A stretch of 64,000 nt of DNA from contig CBDFIJ010000004.1 in NCBI GenBank assembly GCA_965248055.1, positions 2,914,925-2,978,924 on the forward strand, written 5' to 3'. Origin of the DNA: Candidatus Multivoradales bacterium (GTDB lineage: Bacteria; Acidobacteriota; Thermoanaerobaculia; Multivoradales; JAHEKO01). The notes below the pieces were generated by a model. That model worked only from the letters and a program-made list of their open reading frames with translations. It did not search any database and was not told the origin of the DNA. The position numbers and the translations under genes are program-made. Below are positions 28,187-37,404 of the stretch, in pieces (positions within the stretch are counted from its first letter, which is position 1; each line of letters begins with the position of its first letter).

Positions 28187-29763
28187 TACGACTCCAAACT
28201 CGAATGGAACTTTGGCGGTACTCGATGCTGGGTCGCTTTTTCGTATCCGTGAGCGATCTTGAGAATCGTCGGTTCGCTCCAGGGTCCAGCAAAGAAGCTG
28301 ACCCCAACCGGTAGGCAGCGAACGTAACCGGCGGGTACGGTGACGTTGGCGAATCCGGTCATCGCTGCGGGGGTCGAGCTGCTGCCACCGAAGTGATCGC
28401 CGTTGACCCAGTCGGTGACCCATGCGGGACCGCCAGTGGGACCCATGAAGGCCGTGAGTTTGTGTTCTGCCAGTAGGCTCTTGTAGGCAACCCGTAGTTC
28501 TTTTGCTTTAGCTAAGGCATCCAAGTAGGTCTGCTCGGTTAAGTCCCCTTTGGCCTGTGATTCGATCAGGATTTCCTGGCCGAAGTGAGGCATTTCACGA
28601 TCGGTATTTGCGTCATTAAATTCGATGATCTCAGCCAAAGAACGTACGGGAGACTGCGCAAGGGACGCGAGGTACTTATTGAGGTCGGCCTTGAATTCGT
28701 AGAGCAAGATTTGGTATCCCGGTTGGTAGTACTCCTGGATGTCGAACTCCAGTTCGTCCACTACCTCAGCCCCTGCGTCGCGCAGAGCCCCGATCGCATC
28801 TTCCATCGCCCGATCGACTCCTGGATGAAAATCCATGAAGTTGCGCAATACGCCAATCCGAGTTTCGGCGAGATTGCCGTCGCCGAGTTCTGCCGAGTAG
28901 TCCGTGGGCGCGCCGGGGCTGCCGTCGGCTTGGCGCTGGCTGATTGCCGATAACAACGCTGCGGCGTCGGCTACGGTGCGCGCCATCGGCCCGGCGGTGT
29001 CCTGGCTGTGCGAAATCGGAATGATGCCTTGTCCGGGAACTAGGCCGACGGTGGGTTTGATGCCCACCAGAGAATTGGCGTTGGAGGGACAGACCACCGA
29101 GCCGTTGGTCTCGGTGCCAATGGCCACGGCGCACAGGTCCGCGGCGACCGCGGCTCCAGAACCCGAGCTGGAACCACAAGGGTTGCGGTCCAGCACGTAG
29201 GGGTTTTTGACCTGCCCACCCCGTCCGCTCCAGCCGCTGCTGGAAAAATTGGAACGAAAGTTGGCCCACTCGGAGAGATTGGTTTTGCCGATCAGAATCG
29301 CCCCGGCGTCCCGCAGATGACGGACCACCGCGGAATCTTGTTTCGGTTTCGAACCGACCAGCGCCAACGAACCAGCGGTGGTCATCATCTGGTCGGCGGT
29401 GTCCAGATTGTCTTTGACCATCACCGGAATGCCGTGCATCGGTCCGCGAACCTTACCTTCGGCGCGTTCTCGGTCCATAGCTTCGGCGATCTGGATCGCC
29501 TCAGGGTTGACTTCGAGCACCGATCGCAAGGTCGGACCGGAGCGATCAACGTGATCGATGCGGCTTAGGTAGGCCTGAGTCAGTTGCCGGGCGGTGACCT
29601 CTCCCGCTTGCATCTTGGCCTGTAGCTCAGCAACGCTGAGACCACTGAAATCGAAATCCGGGACCGTGGAACCGGGGTGGGAACGAGCCGGTTGGGCGAT
29701 CGAGGCCAGCGTTGCGGCGGCAGCTCCGCTCTTGAGTAGGTCGCGACGGTTGATTGAACTCAT
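28186..29763 (-). CDS. TAT-exported amidase (amidase-signature family)
   Basis: Twin-arginine signal 'INRRDLLKSGAAAATLA'; AS-family 'GGSSSGSGAAVAA' Ser-cisSer-Lys region. Confidence 0.8.
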   Translation of the reverse strand: MSSINRRDLLKSGAAAATLASIAQPARSHPGSTVPDFDFSGLSVAELQAKMQAGEVTARQLTQAYLSRIDHVDRSGPTLRSVLEVNPEAIQIAEAMDRERAEGKVRGPMHGIPVMVKDNLDTADQMMTTAGSLALVGSKPKQDSAVVRHLRDAGAILIGKTNLSEWANFRSNFSSSGWSGRGGQVKNPYVLDRNPCGSSSGSGAAVAADLCAVAIGTETNGSVVCPSNANSLVGIKPTVGLVPGQGIIPISHSQDTAGPMARTVADAAALLSAISQRQADGSPGAPTDYSAELGDGNLAETRIGVLRNFMDFHPGVDRAMEDAIGALRDAGAEVVDELEFDIQEYYQPGYQILLYEFKADLNKYLASLAQSPVRSLAEIIEFNDANTDREMPHFGQEILIESQAKGDLTEQTYLDALAKAKELRVAYKSLLAEHKLTAFMGPTGGPAWVTDWVNGDHFGGSSSTPAAMTGFANVTVPAGYVRCLPVGVSFFAGPWSEPTILKIAHGYEKATQHRVPPKFHSSLES

Positions 29764-29979
29764 GGAAACTCCTTCCGGTTGTGGTCTGTCGAGACTGTGT
29801 ACGGTTACACGACTTGCGGTAGTTTATGCGTCGTACTTTCGGATTCTCTAGATGCAAGGGAGGGCACGATGGCGGTGGTTTGCTGATTGAGGTAGGTCCC
29901 CGCCCCCCACACTCCCACCCGCGGGGATGACATTCGTTCTCCGGGTGATTTCCATAACCATCCATAAATGAGGGAACGG

Positions 29980-31521
29980 CTAGCGAAGGACGCGAAAATA
30001 GTTGGACAACAACCGTTGCACGAATGGAGTCAATTTGCTGCGGCGCCAGTTGTCCGCCGCCTTGCGCACGACCTCGCCTTGGGTGGGGTAGGGATGGATG
30101 GTCGAAGAGATTTTGCCGATGCTGATCCCATGGGTGATCGCCAGCGCCAGTTCCCCGATCATGTCCCCGGCGTGTTCCGCGACCAAGGTTGCACCCAAAA
30201 TCTGGTCACTGCCGCGCCGCAGATGAATTTTGAGGAATCCTTCGGTGGCGCCGTCCAAGATGGCTCGATCGACCTCTTTCAACGGCAGCAAGTGGCTGTC
30301 GAGGTCGACGCCGTCGCGTTCGGCTTCCTGCAAGGTCAGCCCGACATGGGCGACCTCGGGTGAGGTGTAGGTGCACCAAGGAACTACCAACTTGCTAGCT
30401 TTGGCTCGTCCAAAGAACAGAGCATTCTGCACTGTGATGCGGGCTTCGGCGTCAGCGACGTGGGTGAATTGGTAACGCGATGCGACATCTCCGATGGCAT
30501 ACACCCTGCGGTTGCTGGTACGCAGAAAGTCGTTGACCTTGATACCTTGGTTGGTGAATTCGACCTTGGCGGACTCCAGTCCTAGACCCGCTACGTTGGG
30601 TCGGCGTCCCACTGCGACCAACAAGGCATCCGCGGACTCATGGGCTCCGTCTTGGGTCTGCAGCGAGATGTTGCCGTCGGCTTCGGTTGCCACTTGGGTG
30701 ACCGAAGCATTGAAGCGAAACTGCACCCCATCCCTTTGCAAGGCTACCTCGACAATCTCGGCGGCGTCGCGGTCCTCGTTACCCAGAGCTCCTGAGGCAA
30801 TATCGAACACGGTCACGGCGCAACCAAAACGAACCAAGCTCTGGGCTAGTTCGCAGCCAATCGGACCGGCACCGATCACCGCCAACCGCTTCGGCAATTC
30901 GGTGAGGGTAAAAATGGTTTCGTTGGTGAAATGGGGAGTCTCCGCGAGTCCGGGAATGGGTAGCTGAAGCGGCGATGCGCCGGTTGCGATGACCGCGCCG
31001 CGGAAGCGAGTGCGCTGGCCGTTAATTTCAACTGTTCTTGGATCCACGAACCGAGCCTCGCCGAGAAATACGTCGGCTCCCAAATCGGCGAAACGTTGGG
31101 CGCTGTCGTGGTGGCCGATCTCGGCGCGCAGTTGTCTCACTCGCTCCATGACCGCTGCGAAGTCCCCTCCGGCTGTCACCTCGGGGCCAGCGAATCGGTT
31201 CTTGGCAGTCGCCGCGTCATGCCATGCTCGGGCGCTGCGGATCAGTGCTTTGGAGGGGACACAGCCAAAATTGAGGCAGTCGCCGCCCATTAGGCGTTTC
31301 TCGACCAGAGCCACCTTAGCGCCCAGGCTGGCTGCCGCCCCGGCGGTCACCAATCCCGCGGTTCCAGCCCCAATCACCACTAGGTGGTAGCGAGACTGTA
31401 CGGGGGGATTGCGCCAGTCGTGGGGATGGACTTGCTCTAGAAGTTCACGATTGTGCCGGTCAAACGGCTGTAGGGCCGGGTCCTGGGCGAAATCGGCGGA
31501 GAGGTCTTGCAACTCGGTCAT
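29980..31521 (-). CDS. class I pyridine nucleotide-disulfide oxidoreductase (mercuric reductase/dihydrolipoamide dehydrogenase-like)
   Basis: FAD 'GAGTAG', redox-active 'GGDCLNFGCVPSK', NAD 'GAGPIGCE', C-terminal dimerisation domain. Confidence 0.75.
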   Translation of the reverse strand: MTELQDLSADFAQDPALQPFDRHNRELLEQVHPHDWRNPPVQSRYHLVVIGAGTAGLVTAGAAASLGAKVALVEKRLMGGDCLNFGCVPSKALIRSARAWHDAATAKNRFAGPEVTAGGDFAAVMERVRQLRAEIGHHDSAQRFADLGADVFLGEARFVDPRTVEINGQRTRFRGAVIATGASPLQLPIPGLAETPHFTNETIFTLTELPKRLAVIGAGPIGCELAQSLVRFGCAVTVFDIASGALGNEDRDAAEIVEVALQRDGVQFRFNASVTQVATEADGNISLQTQDGAHESADALLVAVGRRPNVAGLGLESAKVEFTNQGIKVNDFLRTSNRRVYAIGDVASRYQFTHVADAEARITVQNALFFGRAKASKLVVPWCTYTSPEVAHVGLTLQEAERDGVDLDSHLLPLKEVDRAILDGATEGFLKIHLRRGSDQILGATLVAEHAGDMIGELALAITHGISIGKISSTIHPYPTQGEVVRKAADNWRRSKLTPFVQRLLSNYFRVLR

Positions 31522-32249
31522 CCGTCGGCACCATCCACAACCGGGTCTAACTCTTTAGGGTCCAAGTGCGCCTCTGCCATCGCTCGACGGGCGATGCGCG
31601 TGACGTGCCATGAAACCGCCAAGGTAGCGATCAGACCCAGCGCCATGAAGATCCAATATTCACTACCACGTTCGCTCTCTTGGCCGCTGGCGATCGCCGC
31701 CAAGCTGCCGAGCGCAGCGCCGTAGTAGGTGTACAAGAAACTCCCTGGAATGGTCCCCATATGGCCAAAGAGATAGTCCCTGAAGCGGACGCTGGTGAGT
31801 CCCAGGGCGAAGTTGGCCAGGCCAAAGGGAATCACGGGCGACAGGCGAAAAAGAAAGATGATGCGCCGCCCTTCACGGCTCACGGCTTTCTCGATGCGTT
31901 GCACCACTGGACGGTCGGCGAGCATCTTCTGGACCGGTTTGTGGGCCACGGTTCGGGCGAGCCAAAACGAGACGATAGCGCCGAATAAGCCCCCGATTAC
32001 CACCAAGACGAAGCCGTTGGCCAATCCGAACAAAGCCCCTGCAGCCAGGGTAAGGATTGAGGCTGGGATCATGGCCACGCTGACCACCGCGTAGACGACG
32101 ATAAACAACACCATGCCCCAGGTGCCGAGACCTTCAATCCACCCGGCCAGATGAAACAAGATCCCGCCCACACGAGGAGCAAACAGGGCGCCGATCACCA
32201 GCATTCCAAGCAGCAGGACAATGCGTGTCTTGGTAGATGGGAGTTTCAT
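31518..32249 (-). CDS. DedA/TVP38/TMEM64-family membrane protein
   Basis: Polytopic ~240 aa with DedA-like core; 4-bp overlap with downstream flavoprotein. Confidence 0.7.
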   Translation of the reverse strand: MKLPSTKTRIVLLLGMLVIGALFAPRVGGILFHLAGWIEGLGTWGMVLFIVVYAVVSVAMIPASILTLAAGALFGLANGFVLVVIGGLFGAIVSFWLARTVAHKPVQKMLADRPVVQRIEKAVSREGRRIIFLFRLSPVIPFGLANFALGLTSVRFRDYLFGHMGTIPGSFLYTYYGAALGSLAAIASGQESERGSEYWIFMALGLIATLAVSWHVTRIARRAMAEAHLDPKELDPVVDGADG

Positions 32250-32334
32250 CTAAGGGTTCTAAACTGAGAGCAACTTGGATCCTCCGGTTGGAGGCCGACG
32301 CTTAACTCAATACGTGTGGGGTGCAGGAGTCAGA

Positions 32335-32670
32335 TCAGGCAATCGCAGCGAGGGCGGCGGCGAGGAAGATGCCGTTGAGCCCGAGCAGACTGCCAATCAC
32401 TGCGGCGATGTTGCCGTGGATGGTACCTTCTTTGGCGGTTTTGCCGAGCACCAACAAACTGGCGACGGCAATGGCCAATTGCAACAGCGTCCACAGGCCA
32501 ATGAGAAACGGCGACAAGTCACCGCCTGCGGCCAGTGATGAGGCCGACATTAGCCCCCAAACAGCCAGCGCGGCGCTCAACAATGCGATGGCGATAGCGA
32601 TCCAATCCCAAAACACCGGTTTGGGAATCTCCCAGCCAAGGCGGGGGATGGTGAAGGTGCTCTCGCTCAT
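32335..32670 (-). CDS. small 3-TM membrane protein, unknown function
   Basis: Start taken at internal ATG (MSESTF...); three hydrophobic helices. Confidence 0.35.
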   Translation of the reverse strand: MSESTFTIPRLGWEIPKPVFWDWIAIAIALLSAALAVWGLMSASSLAAGGDLSPFLIGLWTLLQLAIAVASLLVLGKTAKEGTIHGNIAAVIGSLLGLNGIFLAAALAAIA

Positions 32671-32957
32671 GGACGATACTTTCTTGGTAAGGCTTAACGG
32701 ACGGCTTTTCCTCGCAGTCGAGTCTAGCATTCAGGGGGGCAGTGTTGATCAAACTCTCTGTTACACTACAACCATCATTAACCGAGCGCGTGTGGCGGGG
32801 GCTCACGCTCATGGCGAAGAGAGGAGGTCCGCTATGAACTTGGAGCCTAGACCGTGTTAACGCCTCAACCCAATGGCTTGGGGGCTGTAGGAGGAAATCG
32901 TCTGGCGGTTTCAGTTGTCGTTGCTGAGGTGCCGCGCAAAAAACGCAGGAGGTACGC

Positions 32958-33032
32958 ATGGACAACAATTCATCGCGTTGCGTCTGTCCGCGCGGCCACC
33001 CAGATGCTGAAGTGATAAGGAGGTTGTGTTGA
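32958..33032 (+). CDS. 24-aa upstream ORF 'MDNNSSRCVCPRGHPDAEVIRRLC' overlapping start of next gene
   Basis: Strong RBS GCAGGAGG 5 nt upstream of ATG; stop TGA overlaps GTG start of 33026 ORF; below ORF-track size cut-off. Confidence 0.25.
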   Translation: MDNNSSRCVCPRGHPDAEVIRRLC

Positions 33033-33268
33033 GTAAGTATACGGACGGTGTGAAAGAGCGTTGGAATGTCTTGGTCAACGGCAAACTGCCAGTCGGTAGA
33101 ACTGGAGGCAAAGCTACTGGCGGGACCGGTAGCGGAAACGGCGGATCAGGCGGTTTATCGGTAGTGCCGCCGAGTTCCGAATGGGAGCTAATTTACAAGA
33201 GATTTCGTCGGTCTCATGGCAGATACCCATACAGTCATCAGGAAGTTGTTGATTGGTGGGGGTATTAG
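33026..33268 (+). CDS. small protein, paralog 1 (Gly-rich linker + conserved W/K-rich C-terminal box)
   Basis: RBS TAAGGAGG; C-terminus 'EWELIYKRFRRSHGRYPYSHQEVVDWW' ~60% identical to next ORF. Confidence 0.45.
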   Translation: MLSKYTDGVKERWNVLVNGKLPVGRTGGKATGGTGSGNGGSGGLSVVPPSSEWELIYKRFRRSHGRYPYSHQEVVDWWGY

Positions 33269-33308
33269 CTGACGTACAAAGGTTGCACGAATCAAAGGAG
33301 TTACGACG

Positions 33309-33545
33309 ATGGGTTTGTTAAGACAATTTGGTAAAGCGTTGAAGGATCAGCAAAAGGCACTGCGTGAAGGAGATCCGAACTGGATGACACCGTGGTCCCG
33401 CTCACCAGGGAGCTCTGGTACTGGCGGAACTGGCGGATCAAACGAGCCTGGGGACGAGTGGAAACTAATCCACAAAAAATTTCGGCAAGTCATGGGACGC
33501 GAGCCATACAGTAAACAAGAATTAGTGGACTGGTGGAGCTCATAG
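33309..33545 (+). CDS. small protein, paralog 2
   Basis: RBS AAAGGAG; C-terminus 'EWKLIHKKFRQVMGREPYSKQELVDWW'. Confidence 0.45.
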   Translation: MGLLRQFGKALKDQQKALREGDPNWMTPWSRSPGSSGTGGTGGSNEPGDEWKLIHKKFRQVMGREPYSKQELVDWWSS

Positions 33546-33874
33546 CAGTCTTAGGCAGGGTAAAACGCTATTCGGTACCGGCTCAGCTTGAGTCCAGCCA
33601 ACAAATCGAGCCGGCAAAAGGGCACATTGAGCTGGCAAAGGGCGACAACATGCGGCGCCGATGCAGCAAGGGCCAGATCAAGAACGACCCAGCATCGAAA
33701 GGGATGATCGTCATTTGTCGCTGCGAGACGGACAATGTGGTTGTGTGGCGCTGTAGGCGCTGAGGTAGAAGTGGGTCCGAATGAGGTGCAGTTCGAAGCT
33801 CTGAGCGATGTTTCGGGAGACCGTTGGCGTTGGGCAGGCTTTCTGGCGAGTACTGTTATCTAAGAAAACTGTAA

Positions 33875-34190
33875 GAGGTGGTCCCCCTGGGTGCATCCAT
33901 CTCGCCGCAGCAGCAGGACACCCCCACCTACGAGTCCTTCAACATCCTAACCACAGCAGCCAATGAGGCCGTTTCACCGCCACCGCATGCCGGTGATTCT
34001 CAGACCGGAAGCGCAGGGACTATGGCTCGATCCAAGTGTTGAAGACACCGATGCACTGGATGACTTGCTGAAGCTCCGGTTGAACGATGAACTAGTCAGC
34101 TACTCGGTTTCAACCTTTGTCAGATGCGGTGGAATTTTGGGGAACCAGCAAACTGGGTCTGTTCAAGGTGTTGCGTTGCAGCAATCATAA
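33875..34190 (+). pseudogene. frameshifted C-terminal remnant of SOS-response-associated peptidase (SRAP/YedK/HMCES family)
   Basis: Frame 1 'SFNILTTAANEAV' then -1/+1 shift into 'HRHRMPVILRPEAQGLWLD...ELVSYSVS' matching YedK 'GFLIVTAAADQGLVDIHDRRPLVLSPEAAREWM...VS'; N-terminal two-thirds (Cys2 nucleophile) absent. Confidence 0.55.
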
Positions 34191-34320
34191 CGACCACTCC
34201 ATACGACACTAGAGAAACCAATGCAGCGAGCGTCACGGTAACCGCGGCCAGATCGGATCCAATACTGAGGCAGATTTCAAGACATGGCAGGTGTACTGAA
34301 TTCATAAAGTGGAGACCGAG

Positions 34321-35817
34321 CTACTCCGATTTAGTCTCGTCTTCGAGCGGTTGATGCTCCGGTCGCAACAAGTCGAAGATCGACTTCACCGGGGCGAAGG
34401 TCGAAGCTGGGACTTCGACGAATACCGTGTGCCAATAGGCCATCGAGCCGTTCCACAGGCCGGGCCGTTCCAGTGCTCGCACTTTTCGACCAGCAACACT
34501 GCGATCGGTGACGAAAACCGCCGAGGGATCTCGAAAGTCCTCAAGCCTGTAACGCGTTCCGTCGGGGCGACCGATGACGCACGCGAGATCGACCGGATTG
34601 AAGTGGCTGGAGGATCGCCAAATTGCCGCTTGTTGGGGATTGTCCAAGTCCACCTCGGCCGACTCGACGATCTGCGGTCGCACCTCTCGGTTAGGTAGTT
34701 GAACCCAGAAGGGGCCGCCACCTGGCTCGCGTTGGTTGCGCACCATGCCGCATATCCGGAGCGGACGATCCAGCAAAGCCCGCCAGTGCGCGGGATCCAC
34801 CGGGGATTCTGCAAGGCCCAGGTGGCGCAGAAGTTGCTCGATGCTCTGGGCGTCAATGCCTGCCGATCCTGCGTCCAGTTCTCGCAGAGTGTTGGAAATG
34901 CGTCTTGAGAAGTCCAATGCCAGGCCACCAAGAATCTTTTTCCAGTGGGCGATCTGGGGATGGATGGCTGCGGGCTGGATGTTGTCGATATTGCGGACAA
35001 ATAGATGGTCGCTACGGCTTGCTGCCAAGTTTGTCAGTAGAGATCCGTGTCCACCCGGGCGCAGAACCGGCAGCCCGTCTCGATTCCGAACCACGGTGCC
35101 TGCTTCCGGGTCGTAGGCCAAGGTGCGCGACGCTGCACTCTGCTCGGTGAGCTCGACGTTGCAGGAGCCCGGGGATTGCTCGGCCAGTGTCGACTCGAAT
35201 AGGGCTCGATGTTCGGGTGAGACGGTGAGAGTCAGCCGCGGCTCGCCAAGACCGTAGTGAAGAGCCTCTGCAATATGTTCTTCTAAGGGAGTCCGTGACC
35301 CCTCGGGGTAACGATGGAACGGAATTAAGGCTTTGGGGAGGGCGCCGAAATTCAAACCTGAAGCCTGGGGCAAAGCGGAACCCTTAGCAGGAGTATCAGC
35401 GGGAACGCCCACCAGAGCTTGAGCCAAGAGTTCCGGACTCCGGCTGCCGTTGGTCGCATCGAGCAGCTCGTTAGCAAAGGGAAAACGGTCCAGGTTGGAG
35501 GCTAGATTCTGCAGTGCCTCTGCGTCTTGCACTGCCATTTGGTGGAACATTCTGGAAGCTGCGCCAGAAGCAGGAATCCATTTTTCGAAGCGAGCAGGAC
35601 CGTTGTGTTTTTGCCAGAAGTCCAATGCATGGTGGACTTGTGTGGTGTCGAGTTGCAGGATGCCTGTGCCGACGGTGCACGCCGAGTGCAGTTGCCGTGG
35701 CGGCGGCGGGTCGACCAGGAAAACTAGCTGTTGGTTTGCGGAGTCTTTATCGATCCCCTGCGCAGCAAGGAATTCAAGATCTTGGGCGGTTAACAAAGAC
35801 ATGACGTGGAGAAGCAC
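34321..35817 (-). CDS. DUF4301-like protein (possible UDPGP-like nucleotidyltransferase)
   Basis: N-terminal 'LTAQDLEFLAAQGI', 'KWIPASGAASRMF' and 'LRPGGHGSL' resemble DUF4301 family conserved blocks; family assignment from memory only. Confidence 0.45.
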   Translation of the reverse strand: MLLHVMSLLTAQDLEFLAAQGIDKDSANQQLVFLVDPPPPRQLHSACTVGTGILQLDTTQVHHALDFWQKHNGPARFEKWIPASGAASRMFHQMAVQDAEALQNLASNLDRFPFANELLDATNGSRSPELLAQALVGVPADTPAKGSALPQASGLNFGALPKALIPFHRYPEGSRTPLEEHIAEALHYGLGEPRLTLTVSPEHRALFESTLAEQSPGSCNVELTEQSAASRTLAYDPEAGTVVRNRDGLPVLRPGGHGSLLTNLAASRSDHLFVRNIDNIQPAAIHPQIAHWKKILGGLALDFSRRISNTLRELDAGSAGIDAQSIEQLLRHLGLAESPVDPAHWRALLDRPLRICGMVRNQREPGGGPFWVQLPNREVRPQIVESAEVDLDNPQQAAIWRSSSHFNPVDLACVIGRPDGTRYRLEDFRDPSAVFVTDRSVAGRKVRALERPGLWNGSMAYWHTVFVEVPASTFAPVKSIFDLLRPEHQPLEDETKSE

Positions 35818-35930
35818 CTCTGTAGATCGCCGCGCTCGACGGTCACCTACGGGGCTCTCGACTAGACTACCGTTGTCTGGTGTCGTCGTCGAAATTCCAT
35901 CGTTCGCCCCGGTTAACCGTATTTCAATAA

Positions 35931-36764
35931 ATGATGTCGTTGAGTTGGATACAAGTGATTGTCTTGGCCGTGGTCCAAGGGGTTACCGAGTTCTTGCCGA
36001 TCAGTTCGTCGGCGCATTTGATTCTATTTTCCAAGCTATTCGGGTGGCCGGATCAAGGCTTGAGCTTCGACATGGCGGTCCATGCGGGGTCAATGGTCGC
36101 CGTGATCGTCTATTTGCGTCGAGATTTGCTCGATATTGTGCGTGGCGGACTGCGCTTAGCTGGCGCCACGTCGGTTCCAGGTCGCCTAGCTTGGCCCTTG
36201 GTGATTGCCACGTTGCCAGTGGCTGTGGCGGGTCTGTTGATGCAGGACTGGGTGGCGACCACCGGTCGCAGTACCTGGGTCTTGGGCACTACGTCCTTGG
36301 TCTTCGCACTTTTGCTTTGGGGTGCGGACAAACTGGGGAGTCGAAATCGATCGTTTTCCGAAGCGACATGGAGGGACACCCTGTGGATGGGGCTGGCCCA
36401 GGCATCGGCCCTGATCCCCGGCACCTCAAGGTCCGGGGTGACGATGACCGCTGGGCTGGCGACAGGACTTGATCGCCGGGCCGCTGCACGCTTGTCGTTT
36501 CTACTGTCGGTACCGGTGGGCTTGCTGGTCGCGGCCAAGGATCTGGTGGACTTGCGACACGGCGTGGACAGTGGGGTAATGCAGTTGATAGTGGGTTTTT
36601 GGGTCTCGGCGGTGACTGCGTTTGTTGCCATCGATGCCTTGCTGCGCTGGTTGCGTAAGCGGGGCATGATGCCTTTTGTCTTGTATCGAATTCTGTTGGG
36701 ATTGTTCCTGCTTGCGGAGGCCTCCGGTTGGTTGTCGTTCTTCGGGACGAAGGCAGCAGGGTAG
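35931..36764 (+). CDS. uppP: undecaprenyl-diphosphatase
   Basis: 'VVQGVTEFLPISSSAHL' and 'PGTSRSG' BacA/UppP signatures. Confidence 0.85.
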   Translation: MMSLSWIQVIVLAVVQGVTEFLPISSSAHLILFSKLFGWPDQGLSFDMAVHAGSMVAVIVYLRRDLLDIVRGGLRLAGATSVPGRLAWPLVIATLPVAVAGLLMQDWVATTGRSTWVLGTTSLVFALLLWGADKLGSRNRSFSEATWRDTLWMGLAQASALIPGTSRSGVTMTAGLATGLDRRAAARLSFLLSVPVGLLVAAKDLVDLRHGVDSGVMQLIVGFWVSAVTAFVAIDALLRWLRKRGMMPFVLYRILLGLFLLAEASGWLSFFGTKAAG

Positions 36765-36794
36765 GGGATGTTTTGCAACACGGGCTAGTCACCC

Positions 36795-37394
36795 ATGAGT
36801 AAGCCTGTGCTCGAAGACCTGGATCTGGTGCAGCGTTGTCTGGCGGGCGAGACCGAGGCCTTTTCAGAGGTGGTTCGCCGCTACCAGCGGCCGGTCTTTG
36901 GGCTCATCATGCGCATGCTGACAGATCAGGGCCGTTCCGAGGAGATCACCCAAGACGTTTTTGTCCGTAGCTACACCAAGCTGGCAACTTTTGATCACAG
37001 CCGGAAATTTTCGAGTTGGTTGTTTCGCATTGCCCACAACGCCGCGATCGACGAATTGCGCAAGCGTCGGGTGATTTTGGTCCCGCTGGAGACCGAGGAC
37101 GAAGACAGCGGCGTCGATTTACTTCAAGTCCTGGCGGATCACAAAAACGTTGATCCGGAGCGTCAGACTGCAGGGAACGCTTTGCGCGATGACTTGGAAT
37201 CGGTCATTCAAGAGCTTAGACCCGAGTATGCCGAAGTCATGGTGTTGCGGTTTGTCGAGGAATTTTCCTACGAGGAGATCTCCGAAATCATGCAGTTACC
37301 TCTTGGCACGGTGAAGACTTACATCCATCGCGCACGGCAGCAGACAGCGAAGAAAATATCGGCCCGTGGATGGGGTCGAGAAAAGGACCAATAA
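36795..37394 (+). CDS. ECF-type RNA polymerase sigma factor
   Basis: Region 2 'VRRYQRPVFGLIMRML...DVFVRSY' and region 4 HTH 'YEEISEIMQLPLGTVKTYIHRARQ'. Confidence 0.8.
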   Translation: MSKPVLEDLDLVQRCLAGETEAFSEVVRRYQRPVFGLIMRMLTDQGRSEEITQDVFVRSYTKLATFDHSRKFSSWLFRIAHNAAIDELRKRRVILVPLETEDEDSGVDLLQVLADHKNVDPERQTAGNALRDDLESVIQELRPEYAEVMVLRFVEEFSYEEISEIMQLPLGTVKTYIHRARQQTAKKISARGWGREKDQ

Positions 37395-37404
37395 AGTGAA
37401 ACAG

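Noticed and set aside
32895-32925. Possible sigma-54 -24/-12 promoter 'TGGCGG-tttca-GTTGTC' upstream of the small-protein cassette
   Set aside because: Spacing is off by one and the -12 GC is replaced by GT. It is too degenerate to call.
33533-33763. 76-aa ORF with CRCE...WRCRR
   Set aside because: It has no RBS and an unusual composition, and it lies in the decayed islet between the paralog pair and the SRAP remnant. It is probably non-coding.
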